Source: Minisyncoccota bacterium
GTDB taxonomy: Bacteria > Patescibacteriota > Minisyncoccia > Phycocordibacterales > UBA9973
Direction of reading: 5' to 3'
DNA length: 59,442 nucleotides
Assembly (NCBI GenBank): GCA_041658325.1
Contig: JBBAAI010000001.1
Location: 93,427 to 152,868 of the forward strand
Both the position numbers and the translations under genes were made by a program. Positions 45,399 to 54,481 of the stretch are shown here, in pieces; position 1 is the stretch's first letter; each line of letters begins with the position of its first letter. Under the pieces are notes generated by a model. That model was given only the letters and a program-made list of their open reading frames with translations, did no database searches and had not been told where the DNA came from.

Positions 45399-46289
45399 TT
45401 GTTAAAACACAAAAGGACAATTTCAATCGTTTTTGCGGTGTTGTTTCTTGTTGCTCTTTTTTTAACACAAAGAACATCTATATTTAAAAACACGATTAGT
45501 TTTGTAAAAAATAAGCAAGAAGGTTTATCCTACGATGCAAAAATAGAGGACCTGGTAAATAAAGACACCGACGGAGACGGAGTATTGGACTGGGAAGAAC
45601 CTTTGTACGGGCTTGACCCAACAAAAAAAGAAACTACTCCTGGAATACCAGACATCACGGTGATAAATAAATTAAGAATTAACCAGGGATCTGATACGGA
45701 AACTAATCAAAACATAGAGAATCTAACCGAAACAGAAAAATTTTCCAGAGAACTTTTTTCTACGGTTGCCTCGCTTAACCAAAATGGAGTGATGGATCAA
45801 GCAATGGCAGAAAAAATAAGCAGTTCCTTGTCCGAACAAATAAAAAATTCTGCTCCCAAAAAAGTATTTCTGTATTCTGATATAAAAATCATAAATACTA
45901 ATAGCGCAAAAGCTATACAAACCTACAAAGATACTTTGATTAATATTTTTGAAAAAAATAAAATGCCGAGCTACACAGCGATGGATGTATTACAGAAGTT
46001 TATTGTTGATGAGAATAGCGTTGATGCGAGTGTGCTAACCGCGCTTGACCCAATCATAAAAAGCACGAAAGGAATAGTGGAAGCATTAGCTAAAATGAGC
46101 GTGCCTCAATCTCTCGCTTTTGCGCATATAGATTTTTTAAATGGATGGGAAAAAATAATGGAAAATTTAAGCGACATAAGACTTTATGATACCGATCCAG
46201 TTCTGTCACTTGGTGGAATAAGCCAATACGAAGACAATTCCAATTTTTTGTTTTCTGCTGGAGAAAATCTTATGGAATTAATCAACTAA
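45399..46289 (+). CDS. Membrane-anchored hypothetical protein with a DTDGDGVLDWEE calcium-binding-like motif
   Basis: N-terminal TM (ISIVFAVLFLVALFL). Thrombospondin-type-3-like Asp motif. Non-ATG (TTG) start in the track. Confidence 0.45.
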   Translation: MLKHKRTISIVFAVLFLVALFLTQRTSIFKNTISFVKNKQEGLSYDAKIEDLVNKDTDGDGVLDWEEPLYGLDPTKKETTPGIPDITVINKLRINQGSDTETNQNIENLTETEKFSRELFSTVASLNQNGVMDQAMAEKISSSLSEQIKNSAPKKVFLYSDIKIINTNSAKAIQTYKDTLINIFEKNKMPSYTAMDVLQKFIVDENSVDASVLTALDPIIKSTKGIVEALAKMSVPQSLAFAHIDFLNGWEKIMENLSDIRLYDTDPVLSLGGISQYEDNSNFLFSAGENLMELIN

Positions 46290-46342
46290 AAGCTTCCTCA
46301 TTAGACTAAGATGGGTTATAATAAAATATAAAAAAATAAAAA

Positions 46343-48286
46343 ATGACATTAAAAAATAAAACAATAAAATTAATCTCCGCCATCTTAATTATTTCAATAG
46401 TTGCGCCTGTCGCTTTATTTTTCCAACCTAAACAAGCAAGCGCGATAAGCGCATGTCCTCCAGGAACGCCAGACCTTAAATCTGTTCCAATTGTAAATAT
46501 GGCAATAAAAGGAGCAACGGGAACAACGTGTATCACTACGGTTAAAGAGTGGGTACAAAAACTCCTTGAAATAGCTCGTATGGCTATCGCTAAAAAGGTG
46601 ATAGAAAAAATCACCCAAAGCACTATAGCTTGGATAAACTCAGGATTTCACGGATCACCACTTTTCTTGGAAAATCCAGAATCTTTTTTCAAAGACATAG
46701 CGAAATCCGAATTGAGAACGATGGTAGACATGTTCGGTTATGATAGATTGAAATTTCCTTTCGGTAGAGATTTTGCCTTAAATGCTATAAATAGTTACAA
46801 AAGCACCCTCGAAAGAAACGCCTCTTATACCCTAAGTAGTGTTATGAACCAACAACAAGCGGAAGCCTTTAGAAATGATTTTAATGTTGGTGGATGGAAC
46901 GGTTTCCTTATTAATACTCAATATCCTCAGAATAACTATATGGGGTTCCAAATGATGGCAAACGAGGAACTTGCTAGGCGACTTCAAGGAACGAGCCAGC
47001 CTCCCGCCCTAGAAATAAAAGCACAGCTAGAACAAGGAAATGGTTTCTTGTCTCCACAAAACTGTCCAACAAACTCTGCTTATAATAATGGTGTAAATGA
47101 ATGGAACCAACCAAGCTTTGACACAGCGGCATATAATCAATCTCATCCATATAACCCTCCAAGCGGAGTCAGCGTTGGACCAAAAACACCAGAACAGCAA
47201 GCAATGGATGCTGCTTATGATGAAACTTATCAAATGAATCTTCAAAATACGAGAGATTCTTGGGCCCAAACAAACACTTGCCCTGGAGGCTTGCAGAACA
47301 CTACTCCTGGTTCTGTGGTGGCGAATCAAATAATGATGTCTATGAGTTCGAGTGTTCGCCAAAGCGAGCTTGCTATGGCTCTGGGGAATAGCTTGTCTGC
47401 TATTTTTGATGCTCTCCTTAATAAATTTTTGGGTGATGGCTTGAATGCATTAACAAACGCAGTAAGTTCACAACCCTCAACAGATAATTGGAGTTATGAC
47501 GGTGTTACTTTGGATGGAGATGTAAATAATCCTCCCGTCATTGGAGCTTTGGTTATTCCACAAAATGTCTCGGTTAATGTTAACCAATCAACCAGTACAA
47601 ATATTTCTGGAGGCACAGCGCCTTACAGAATAGAAACCCCTTCAGATGCCACAGTAGCGAATGCTCAGATTTCTGGTTCTGCCCTTACCATCACCGGTAT
47701 CGCTCCAGGCGAAACCACTACCGTTGTGAAAGATTCATCTTTACCAATTAAAAGAGTGACAGTAAGAATTACAATAGTTGACCCTGATGGTTTGATGGTC
47801 CTTCCGGCAAGTATTAAAATCGGTATTAATGATAATCTCGTCACGACTATCTCTGGAGGAGAAAAACCTTACAGAATATTAGTAAACCCTAATGAAACAA
47901 TAGCGACAGCCCTCCTTGATGACACAATCCTAATTGTCACCGGGATCACCGCCGGACAAACTTCTCTTGTAATAAAAGATTCATCTTCAACCCCTAAAAC
48001 CGCGACTGTCAATATTACAATTATTAATAATCAAACAGAAGGCCCAACAGTTACCTTAAGTGCTGACCCCTTAAGAATTCAACCCGGGCAAAGCTCTACT
48101 CTTTCTTGGACTTCTCAGAATACAACTTCTTGTTCCTCTTCTTCTTTGGGATTAAGAACCGTTCCCTTAAACGGAGAGACAACAGTTTCTCCGACTTCTA
48201 CAACCACTTACGATATCACTTGTTATGATAGAAATGGGGAAGACACAACTGATTCAACAACGGTTACAGTTGCAGGTAGTTTATAA
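46343..48286 (+). CDS. Large secreted hypothetical protein with two Ig-like (Big_2-like) repeats and a C-terminal beta domain
   Basis: Signal peptide ending QASA. Paired repeats GGTAPYRIETPSDATVANAQISGSALTITGIAPGETTTVVKDSS and GGEKPYRILVNPNETIATALLDDTILIVTGITAGQTSLVIKDSS. Confidence 0.55.
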   Translation: MTLKNKTIKLISAILIISIVAPVALFFQPKQASAISACPPGTPDLKSVPIVNMAIKGATGTTCITTVKEWVQKLLEIARMAIAKKVIEKITQSTIAWINSGFHGSPLFLENPESFFKDIAKSELRTMVDMFGYDRLKFPFGRDFALNAINSYKSTLERNASYTLSSVMNQQQAEAFRNDFNVGGWNGFLINTQYPQNNYMGFQMMANEELARRLQGTSQPPALEIKAQLEQGNGFLSPQNCPTNSAYNNGVNEWNQPSFDTAAYNQSHPYNPPSGVSVGPKTPEQQAMDAAYDETYQMNLQNTRDSWAQTNTCPGGLQNTTPGSVVANQIMMSMSSSVRQSELAMALGNSLSAIFDALLNKFLGDGLNALTNAVSSQPSTDNWSYDGVTLDGDVNNPPVIGALVIPQNVSVNVNQSTSTNISGGTAPYRIETPSDATVANAQISGSALTITGIAPGETTTVVKDSSLPIKRVTVRITIVDPDGLMVLPASIKIGINDNLVTTISGGEKPYRILVNPNETIATALLDDTILIVTGITAGQTSLVIKDSSSTPKTATVNITIINNQTEGPTVTLSADPLRIQPGQSSTLSWTSQNTTSCSSSSLGLRTVPLNGETTVSPTSTTTYDITCYDRNGEDTTDSTTVTVAGSL

Positions 48287-48300
48287 AATACAAATATATA

Positions 48301-50841
48301 ATGAAAAAGTTTTTACCTTACATTTTAATAATACTGTTTGTGTTAGTCGGGCTTTTTGGTTCGACAGCAAAAGCGAATGCGCAAGGAGTACTAGTAAATT
48401 GCAAATTTCCAGATGGCACAATAGAACAAATTAATTATGCAGAATGTTTAGATAGAGGCGGAGGTGCATTAGTGACTTGTGAACTATCTGATGGCACACA
48501 AGAACAACTTACCCAGGAAGAATGCAATGAAAGAAACGGGGGGACAGTTTCTGAATCAAAACCAAACTCTAGATCAGACTTTGAAAAAGAAATCACAAAA
48601 AATGAGTGCTCAATGACCCCTGTTGGAGATGGCACTTTTTGGCCTGGATGTTTTATCCAAGCATCTTATGGCATTTTTTATGCTATCCCTGCTTTTTTGC
48701 TTTGGCTTTCCGCTTATTTTTTCAACGTTTTAGTATCGATTACTTTATATAGTAAATTGTTTGCTGGATCTACTTTTATCTCTGAGGCATGGGCAGTAGT
48801 TCGAGATCTTTCAAATATTTTTTTCATCCTTATTCTTCTTTATATAGCTATAAAAATAATTTTGGATCTAGGCGGGGCAGAAGCTAAAAAAATGATAGCA
48901 AGGGTCATCGTTATAGCTCTACTTATTAATTTTTCTATGTTTTTTACTGGAATAATAATAGATTCAGCAAATATTTTGGCATTAATTTTTTACAACAAAA
49001 TAGACGTTCAAACAAAAAATGAAAATGGAACACCCAGAGACTATAGCAGTGCAACTGGAGAGAAAGATGTCGCGGGTGGCTTAGTAAAGGCTTTTGACCC
49101 CACCAGATTATTAACCAAAGAATTTTTTGATAAAGCTAAAATACAAGAAGTGCCAGGATATAGCCCAATCATAAGAGACCAAGTGCCGCCTGGAATACTA
49201 ATTGGAATTACAATTGTCGCGGGGTTACTTATGGGTTTTGCTGCTTATTGTTTTTTGTGGGCAGGATTCGCTTTTGTGGGCAGAATGATTGAGCTTTTTG
49301 TTCTAATTATTTTTTCTCCTTTTGCTTTTATGTCCTTCACGGTGCCAAAACTAGCAAGTATTGAATATTTGGGGTGGGAAGCATGGCTTAAACGCCTCCT
49401 TAAGGTATCCTTTATGGCGCCGATTTTTATGTTCTTTTTATATTTTATATTTATGTTGGTTAAAAAAGATATTTTTGGTGGCTTTATTGATCCATCAAAT
49501 GAGAGCATGATAGCAACCATATTACTTATTGTAATACCAGCAACTATTATTCTAATTCTTCTTCTAAAGGCTACCGAGTTTGCCAAAAAGGGCTCAGGAA
49601 AGCTGGGAGAAGTATTAATGACTGGCGCAAAAGTAGTGGGTGGTGTTGCTCTTGGTGCTGTAACAGGTGGAGTAGCTTTGGCCGCGACTAGTTTGATTGG
49701 AGGTACAGCAGCCAGCGTGGCAGGTAGCGAAGGACTAAAAACGGCAGCAACGAAAGGAGGACTCAAGGGGTTTGGAGCTAGAATGGCCTTAAAAACAGCA
49801 GACTATGGCTCTAAGGCTTCTTTTGATTTAGGAAAAGCTCCTGTCGCTGGAACATTAATCAAAAAAGCGGGATTAGATTTGCAATCAGCAAAAATATTGG
49901 GCTTGGGGCCTAGAGAGGGTGGATATAAAGGGGCAGTAGAAAGACAAACAATGGCTTTGAAAAAAGAATCCGAACTTTATAAAACAAAAAAGACAGACAA
50001 GGAGTTATTGGCAGAGCAAGAAGAATATGACACAAAAACAGGAAGAAAAGCAGCGCTTGAAACAGCTAAAAAGGCTCATGGTGGAAACCTTAATGATGAA
50101 CAACTATCAGCCTTCAATAAAGAGTTTGAAATAAAAAATGGCCCGAGACCATATGCCACAACCAGAGAAACAAACGACGCCAGAATGAGAGCATTTAAGG
50201 ATAGCCTTGGAAGTCGTTTGAATTTTGGTATTGGAGCAGATGCTGGAAAAGCTGCTTTCTCTAAGGATCTTGAAAAGGGATTTGGCCAAATGAAAAAAAT
50301 AACAGATAAAATGGATGAAAACAAAAAAGAAATGGGTCGTCTTACTGATTTTATGGAAAAATTTGTAGACCATGGTTTGGTAATCAAAGACAAAAATGGA
50401 GCTCTAAGCGTGGATATGGATGAAGTTGGAAAAGCAATAGCAAAATCGGAACTTAATGGACAAACAGCAAAAACAAGATATGAGGATCTTGTAAGGAGAG
50501 GGGTCTCTGAAAACGACGAAAGAATGACATCATTAAAAAACACCATGTTCCAAAGCACGATTGATCTTAACGAATTAAACAAATTAAAAACAGCACCAGA
50601 AAGAATTAAACAGATCAACAAGGAAAACTATGATTATGGTAAGGATCAATCAGCCCTAGCAGAAAAACAAGCAGCAGAAGCAAAACCAAAAGAAAATCCA
50701 AAGAAAGAAGGCGGAGGACATGCTCCGAAAGCATCAGCACCAAAACACGAAGAACATCCACCCGCAGCACCAGCTGCTCATCCGACTCCTCCAGCAGGTG
50801 GCGGGGAACACGAAGCATCAAGCGGAGGACACGGTCATTAA
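48301..50841 (+). CDS. Polytopic membrane protein, VirB6/TrbL-like, with a long hydrophilic C-terminal extension
   Basis: Signal peptide and duplicated Cys motif (CKFPDGTIEQINYAEC / CELSDGTQEQLTQEEC). At least 6 TM helices, then ~330 aa of charged coiled coil ending in a His/Pro/Ala/Gly-rich tail. Position is next to the PrgI- and VirB4-like genes. Confidence 0.5.
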   Translation: MKKFLPYILIILFVLVGLFGSTAKANAQGVLVNCKFPDGTIEQINYAECLDRGGGALVTCELSDGTQEQLTQEECNERNGGTVSESKPNSRSDFEKEITKNECSMTPVGDGTFWPGCFIQASYGIFYAIPAFLLWLSAYFFNVLVSITLYSKLFAGSTFISEAWAVVRDLSNIFFILILLYIAIKIILDLGGAEAKKMIARVIVIALLINFSMFFTGIIIDSANILALIFYNKIDVQTKNENGTPRDYSSATGEKDVAGGLVKAFDPTRLLTKEFFDKAKIQEVPGYSPIIRDQVPPGILIGITIVAGLLMGFAAYCFLWAGFAFVGRMIELFVLIIFSPFAFMSFTVPKLASIEYLGWEAWLKRLLKVSFMAPIFMFFLYFIFMLVKKDIFGGFIDPSNESMIATILLIVIPATIILILLLKATEFAKKGSGKLGEVLMTGAKVVGGVALGAVTGGVALAATSLIGGTAASVAGSEGLKTAATKGGLKGFGARMALKTADYGSKASFDLGKAPVAGTLIKKAGLDLQSAKILGLGPREGGYKGAVERQTMALKKESELYKTKKTDKELLAEQEEYDTKTGRKAALETAKKAHGGNLNDEQLSAFNKEFEIKNGPRPYATTRETNDARMRAFKDSLGSRLNFGIGADAGKAAFSKDLEKGFGQMKKITDKMDENKKEMGRLTDFMEKFVDHGLVIKDKNGALSVDMDEVGKAIAKSELNGQTAKTRYEDLVRRGVSENDERMTSLKNTMFQSTIDLNELNKLKTAPERIKQINKENYDYGKDQSALAEKQAAEAKPKENPKKEGGGHAPKASAPKHEEHPPAAPAAHPTPPAGGGEHEASSGGHGH

Positions 50842-50861
50842 AAAATTATTAGCTTAATAAT

Positions 50862-50890
50862 CCCAGTAGTAGAGAAAAGCTCACTACGGG
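50862..50890 (+). repeat. Copy 3 of the recurring hairpin (CCCAGTAGTAGAG-aaaag-CTCACTACGGG)
   Basis: 11 bp with two bulged A residues. Starts 21 nt after the stop of the VirB6-like gene. Confidence 0.55.
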
Positions 50891-50901
50891 ACAAGAAAAT
50901 T

Positions 50902-51492
50902 ATGGAAATAACACTAGAAGAAATACAAAAAAAGTTTGAAAGTTTGCCCGAAGATTTAAAATGGGCAATTATGGCGGCGAATGTGGAAGATAATATTATT
51001 GAAATAGGGCAGAATCAGGGTCTGAAAGTAGAACAAATGGGCCAACTGTCTTTAGCCACCCATATGGTAATGTTTGGTTTTACACACCCAGATAAATTTG
51101 AAGAATCTGTTAAAAATATTTTGAAATTACCAGATGAAAAAACCCGAGCATTAACAAATGCAGTTAATGAAAAAATTTTAAAAGAAATCAGAGCAAAAAT
51201 GATAGAAACTTCTGGTGGCACAGCAAAGGTATCAGAAACACCCAAAATTCCTGAAGAGGAAAAAAATGACACGCAAATATTAGATTCCGCAGGTATTCAA
51301 ATTATCCCAGAAAATGATGTCAGTGAAAAAAAACTTAAAGAAGATGTGCATGGCATTTTAGCTCAAAAACTATCTGTTCCTGTGCAAAACCCTATGGTAA
51401 AGACAGAACACACTATGGATAATATTACAAAAACAACCACCTCTAACCCTTATCCACCAAAAGGAGACCCGTATCGTTTACCACCGGAATAA
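50902..51492 (+). CDS. Hypothetical protein (T4SS-cluster associated)
   Basis: Co-directional and tightly spaced within the cluster. No recognisable motif. Confidence 0.45.
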   Translation: MEITLEEIQKKFESLPEDLKWAIMAANVEDNIIEIGQNQGLKVEQMGQLSLATHMVMFGFTHPDKFEESVKNILKLPDEKTRALTNAVNEKILKEIRAKMIETSGGTAKVSETPKIPEEEKNDTQILDSAGIQIIPENDVSEKKLKEDVHGILAQKLSVPVQNPMVKTEHTMDNITKTTTSNPYPPKGDPYRLPPE

Positions 51493-51496
51493 AAAA

Positions 51497-51919
51497 ATGC
51501 AATTCAAAGTTCCACAATTTTTAGAAATAGAAGATAAAATTTTTGGCCCTTTTACCTTTAGGGAATTTGTCTATTTAGCAGGTGGAGCGGGCTTGTGTTT
51601 TACTATTTATAAATTATTAGGACTTGCTTTGAGTATTATTCCGATTCTAGTTGTCGCAGGGATAGCTCTAGCTCTTACTTTTTATCGGCCGAACAATAAA
51701 CCATTTCTCAATATGGTTGAATCTGGTTTTAAATATTTTACGCAGAGTAAGCTTTATATTTGGAAAAAAGAAAAAAATAAAAAAACGCACAATCAACTGC
51801 AATCCACAGATAAAACATCAGAAAAATTTGGTTCAAGGTTAAGTAGTAGTAAACTGAAAGACTTGGCCTGGAGTTTAAATGTATTGGACTTAAATAAACA
51901 AAAAGATAATACCCAATAA
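51497..51919 (+). CDS. PrgI-family (VirB3-like) small membrane protein
   Basis: MQFKVPQFLEIEDKIFGPFTFREFVYLAGG followed by two TM helices, the pattern of PrgI/VirB3-like proteins of Gram-positive T4SS. Confidence 0.6.
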   Translation: MQFKVPQFLEIEDKIFGPFTFREFVYLAGGAGLCFTIYKLLGLALSIIPILVVAGIALALTFYRPNNKPFLNMVESGFKYFTQSKLYIWKKEKNKKTHNQLQSTDKTSEKFGSRLSSSKLKDLAWSLNVLDLNKQKDNTQ

Positions 51920-51924
51920 ATAAT

Positions 51925-52563
51925 ATGGCCCTAAAAGCAAAAGCAACACAAGAATTCATACCAATCAAAGAAGTTCGCGACGGAATAGTCGTGTTGAAAA
52001 ACGACGAGCTCCGGGCGATAGTGCTCGCTAACGCTATTAACCTTTCTTTAAAATCGTCTGATGAACAAAAGGCGACAATAATGCAATTCCAAAATTTTCT
52101 TAATACTTTAGATTTTTCTGTACAAATATCGGTTCAATCCAGAAGACTAGACATCCGACCATATCTTCTGCTTTTAGAAAACAGAATCAAAGTGCAAAAT
52201 GAACCCCTATTAAAATTACAAACCAGAGAATATATAGAATTTATTAAAAATTTTACCGATGCGGTCAGTATAATGACAAAGAACTTTTTTATTATAGTAC
52301 CCTACACTAACACTGTACTAAAATCAGATTCTGGGGTTTTTGATAAAATATTTTCAAGAAAAAACAAAGAAGAAATAAGAGCAGCAAAACAGGTGGCCTT
52401 TGAAGAAAAAAGATCTCAACTAGAAGAGAGGGTGGCTGTTATCCAACAAGGACTCGGACGTTGTGGTATAAATTCTGCCCAACTCGGCACCGAAGAGGTG
52501 GTGGAAGTCTTTTATAAAGTTTTCAATCCGGGAGAGCTAGAGGGAAAGATAAAAATAGAATAA
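51925..52563 (+). CDS. Stand-alone protein resembling the N-terminal domain of VirB4/TraE-type ATPases
   Basis: ATQEFIPIKEVRDGIVVLKNDELRAIVLANAINLSLKSSDEQKATIMQFQNFLNTLDFSVQI resembles VirB4 N-domains of Gram-positive elements. No P-loop. Confidence 0.45.
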   Translation: MALKAKATQEFIPIKEVRDGIVVLKNDELRAIVLANAINLSLKSSDEQKATIMQFQNFLNTLDFSVQISVQSRRLDIRPYLLLLENRIKVQNEPLLKLQTREYIEFIKNFTDAVSIMTKNFFIIVPYTNTVLKSDSGVFDKIFSRKNKEEIRAAKQVAFEEKRSQLEERVAVIQQGLGRCGINSAQLGTEEVVEVFYKVFNPGELEGKIKIE

Positions 52564-52591
52564 ACTACGAGCTTAACGCCACAAAAATTAT

Positions 52592-54436
52592 ATGGAATTT
52601 TTTAAAAAATTATTTGGAAAACAAAATGCGACTAAAGGCGAAGAGCCCCGAGCTTCTGTTTTAGCTGTTCTACCAGAAGAGATCTATGAATCTGCAAACT
52701 TAGAGCTTCAGGATGTCATCGCGCCATCCGCTTTAAAAATCGAATCAAAATCAATAAATTTGGGTGATAAAATAGCTCGTACTTTTTTTATAATATCTTA
52801 TCCACGATTTTTAAGTGATAATTGGTTTTCTCCAATAATTAATTTAGATAAAGTTTTTGATATTTCGATTTTTATTCATCCGATAGATACTTCACTCGTG
52901 TTGCGACAGTTTCAAAAAAAAGTTGCTGAAGTAGAAAGTCAGATAAATGTAAGGCAATCAAAAGGGATGGTTCGCGACCCGATGCTAGACACTGCTTATC
53001 AAGATTTAGACGGGCTTCGCAACAACTTGATACAAGCGCAAGAAAAAATGTTTGATGTGGGTGTTTATATCACCATATATGCTGACAATGATCTTGAACT
53101 TTTCAAAATAGAAAGTGAAATAAAATCAATGCTTGAATCAAAGCTAATATATATCAAGCCAGCACTCTTCCAACAAGAAGAGGGGTTCAAGAGTGTTATT
53201 CCAATAGAAACAGATCTATTGAAGATTCATCAAAAATTAAATTCGGAACCACTTTCAAGCGTTTTTCCTTTTATTTCTTCTGACCTTACTTCTGATAAAG
53301 GAATCCTTTATGGAATAAACAGACACAACTCTAGTTTAGTTATTTTTGATAGATTTTCTTTAGAGAACTACAATTCGGTAACCTTTGCCAAGTCTGGTTC
53401 TGGAAAATCTTACGCTACTAAGCTAGAAATTTTAAGATCCTTGATGTTTGATACTGATGTTATCGTGATAGATCCAGAAAGGGAATATGAATTTTTATCT
53501 GAAGCTGTGGGTGGACGATATTTCAACATTTCTCTTTCTTCGGACCACCATATCAATCCTTTTGATTTGCCAATTCCCCGAGAAGACGAAACAGCAGAAG
53601 ATGTTTTGCGTTCAAATATCATAAACCTCGTAGGACTTTTTAGATTAATGCTAGGCGGGCTCACTCCAGAAGAAGATTCGATGGTAGACCGAGCTATTTC
53701 AGAAACTTACGCAATAAAAGATATTACCCCAGAATCAGATTTCTCAAATATTGAACCCCCGCTTCTTTCAGATTTTGAAATGGTTCTCTCTGGTATGGAT
53801 GGCAGTGATTCTGTGGTTGCTAAGTTGGCGAAATACACACGAGGCTCTTGGTCAACGTTTTTAAACAGACCATCTAATGTGGATATTAATAAAAAATTTG
53901 TAGTATTTTCTGTTCGTGACATGGAAGATGAACTAAAACCAGTCGCAATGTATATCATAATGCACTACATCTGGAATACCATACGAAAAAATCTTAAAAA
54001 ACGCCTGCTAGTGGTAGATGAAGCTTGGTGGATGATGAAATCTGAAGATACTGCGTCGTTTTTATACTCAATAGCTAAAAGAGGTAGAAAATATTATTTA
54101 GGTCTTTCCACCATTACCCAAGACGCGGGAGACTTTATGAAATCTCCTTATGGAGTACCCATAATTACCAACTCTTCAATCCAACTTCTATTAAAACAAT
54201 CTCCCACTACCATTGATCTCTTGCAAAAAACTTTCAATCTTACAGACGAAGAAAAATATTTACTCCTAGAATCAGGACTAGGGGAGGGCATCTTTTTTGC
54301 TGGGTTAAAACACGTCGCTATAAAAATAATCTCTTCTTATACGGAAGATCAAATCATTACTTCTGATCCTTCTCAAATTTTATCAAACAAAAAAGCCAAA
54401 GAAGAACAAGAGATGGCGAGCGTCGCAGAGAAGTAA
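52592..54436 (+). CDS. VirB4/TraE/ConE-like T4SS ATPase
   Basis: Walker A FAKSGSGKSYATK and Walker B LLVVDEAWWMM. Downstream GLSTITQD is typical of VirB4-family ATPases. Confidence 0.8.
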   Translation: MEFFKKLFGKQNATKGEEPRASVLAVLPEEIYESANLELQDVIAPSALKIESKSINLGDKIARTFFIISYPRFLSDNWFSPIINLDKVFDISIFIHPIDTSLVLRQFQKKVAEVESQINVRQSKGMVRDPMLDTAYQDLDGLRNNLIQAQEKMFDVGVYITIYADNDLELFKIESEIKSMLESKLIYIKPALFQQEEGFKSVIPIETDLLKIHQKLNSEPLSSVFPFISSDLTSDKGILYGINRHNSSLVIFDRFSLENYNSVTFAKSGSGKSYATKLEILRSLMFDTDVIVIDPEREYEFLSEAVGGRYFNISLSSDHHINPFDLPIPREDETAEDVLRSNIINLVGLFRLMLGGLTPEEDSMVDRAISETYAIKDITPESDFSNIEPPLLSDFEMVLSGMDGSDSVVAKLAKYTRGSWSTFLNRPSNVDINKKFVVFSVRDMEDELKPVAMYIIMHYIWNTIRKNLKKRLLVVDEAWWMMKSEDTASFLYSIAKRGRKYYLGLSTITQDAGDFMKSPYGVPIITNSSIQLLLKQSPTTIDLLQKTFNLTDEEKYLLLESGLGEGIFFAGLKHVAIKIISSYTEDQIITSDPSQILSNKKAKEEQEMASVAEK

Positions 54437-54469
54437 AGTAATAATTATAAAGTTGTAAAGTGAGTATGA

Positions 54470-54475
54470 TATAAT
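54470..54475 (+). promoter_or_regulatory. TATAAT 6 nt upstream of ATG 54482
   Basis: tataat-tatatt-ATG. Confidence 0.35.
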
Positions 54476-54481
54476 TATATT

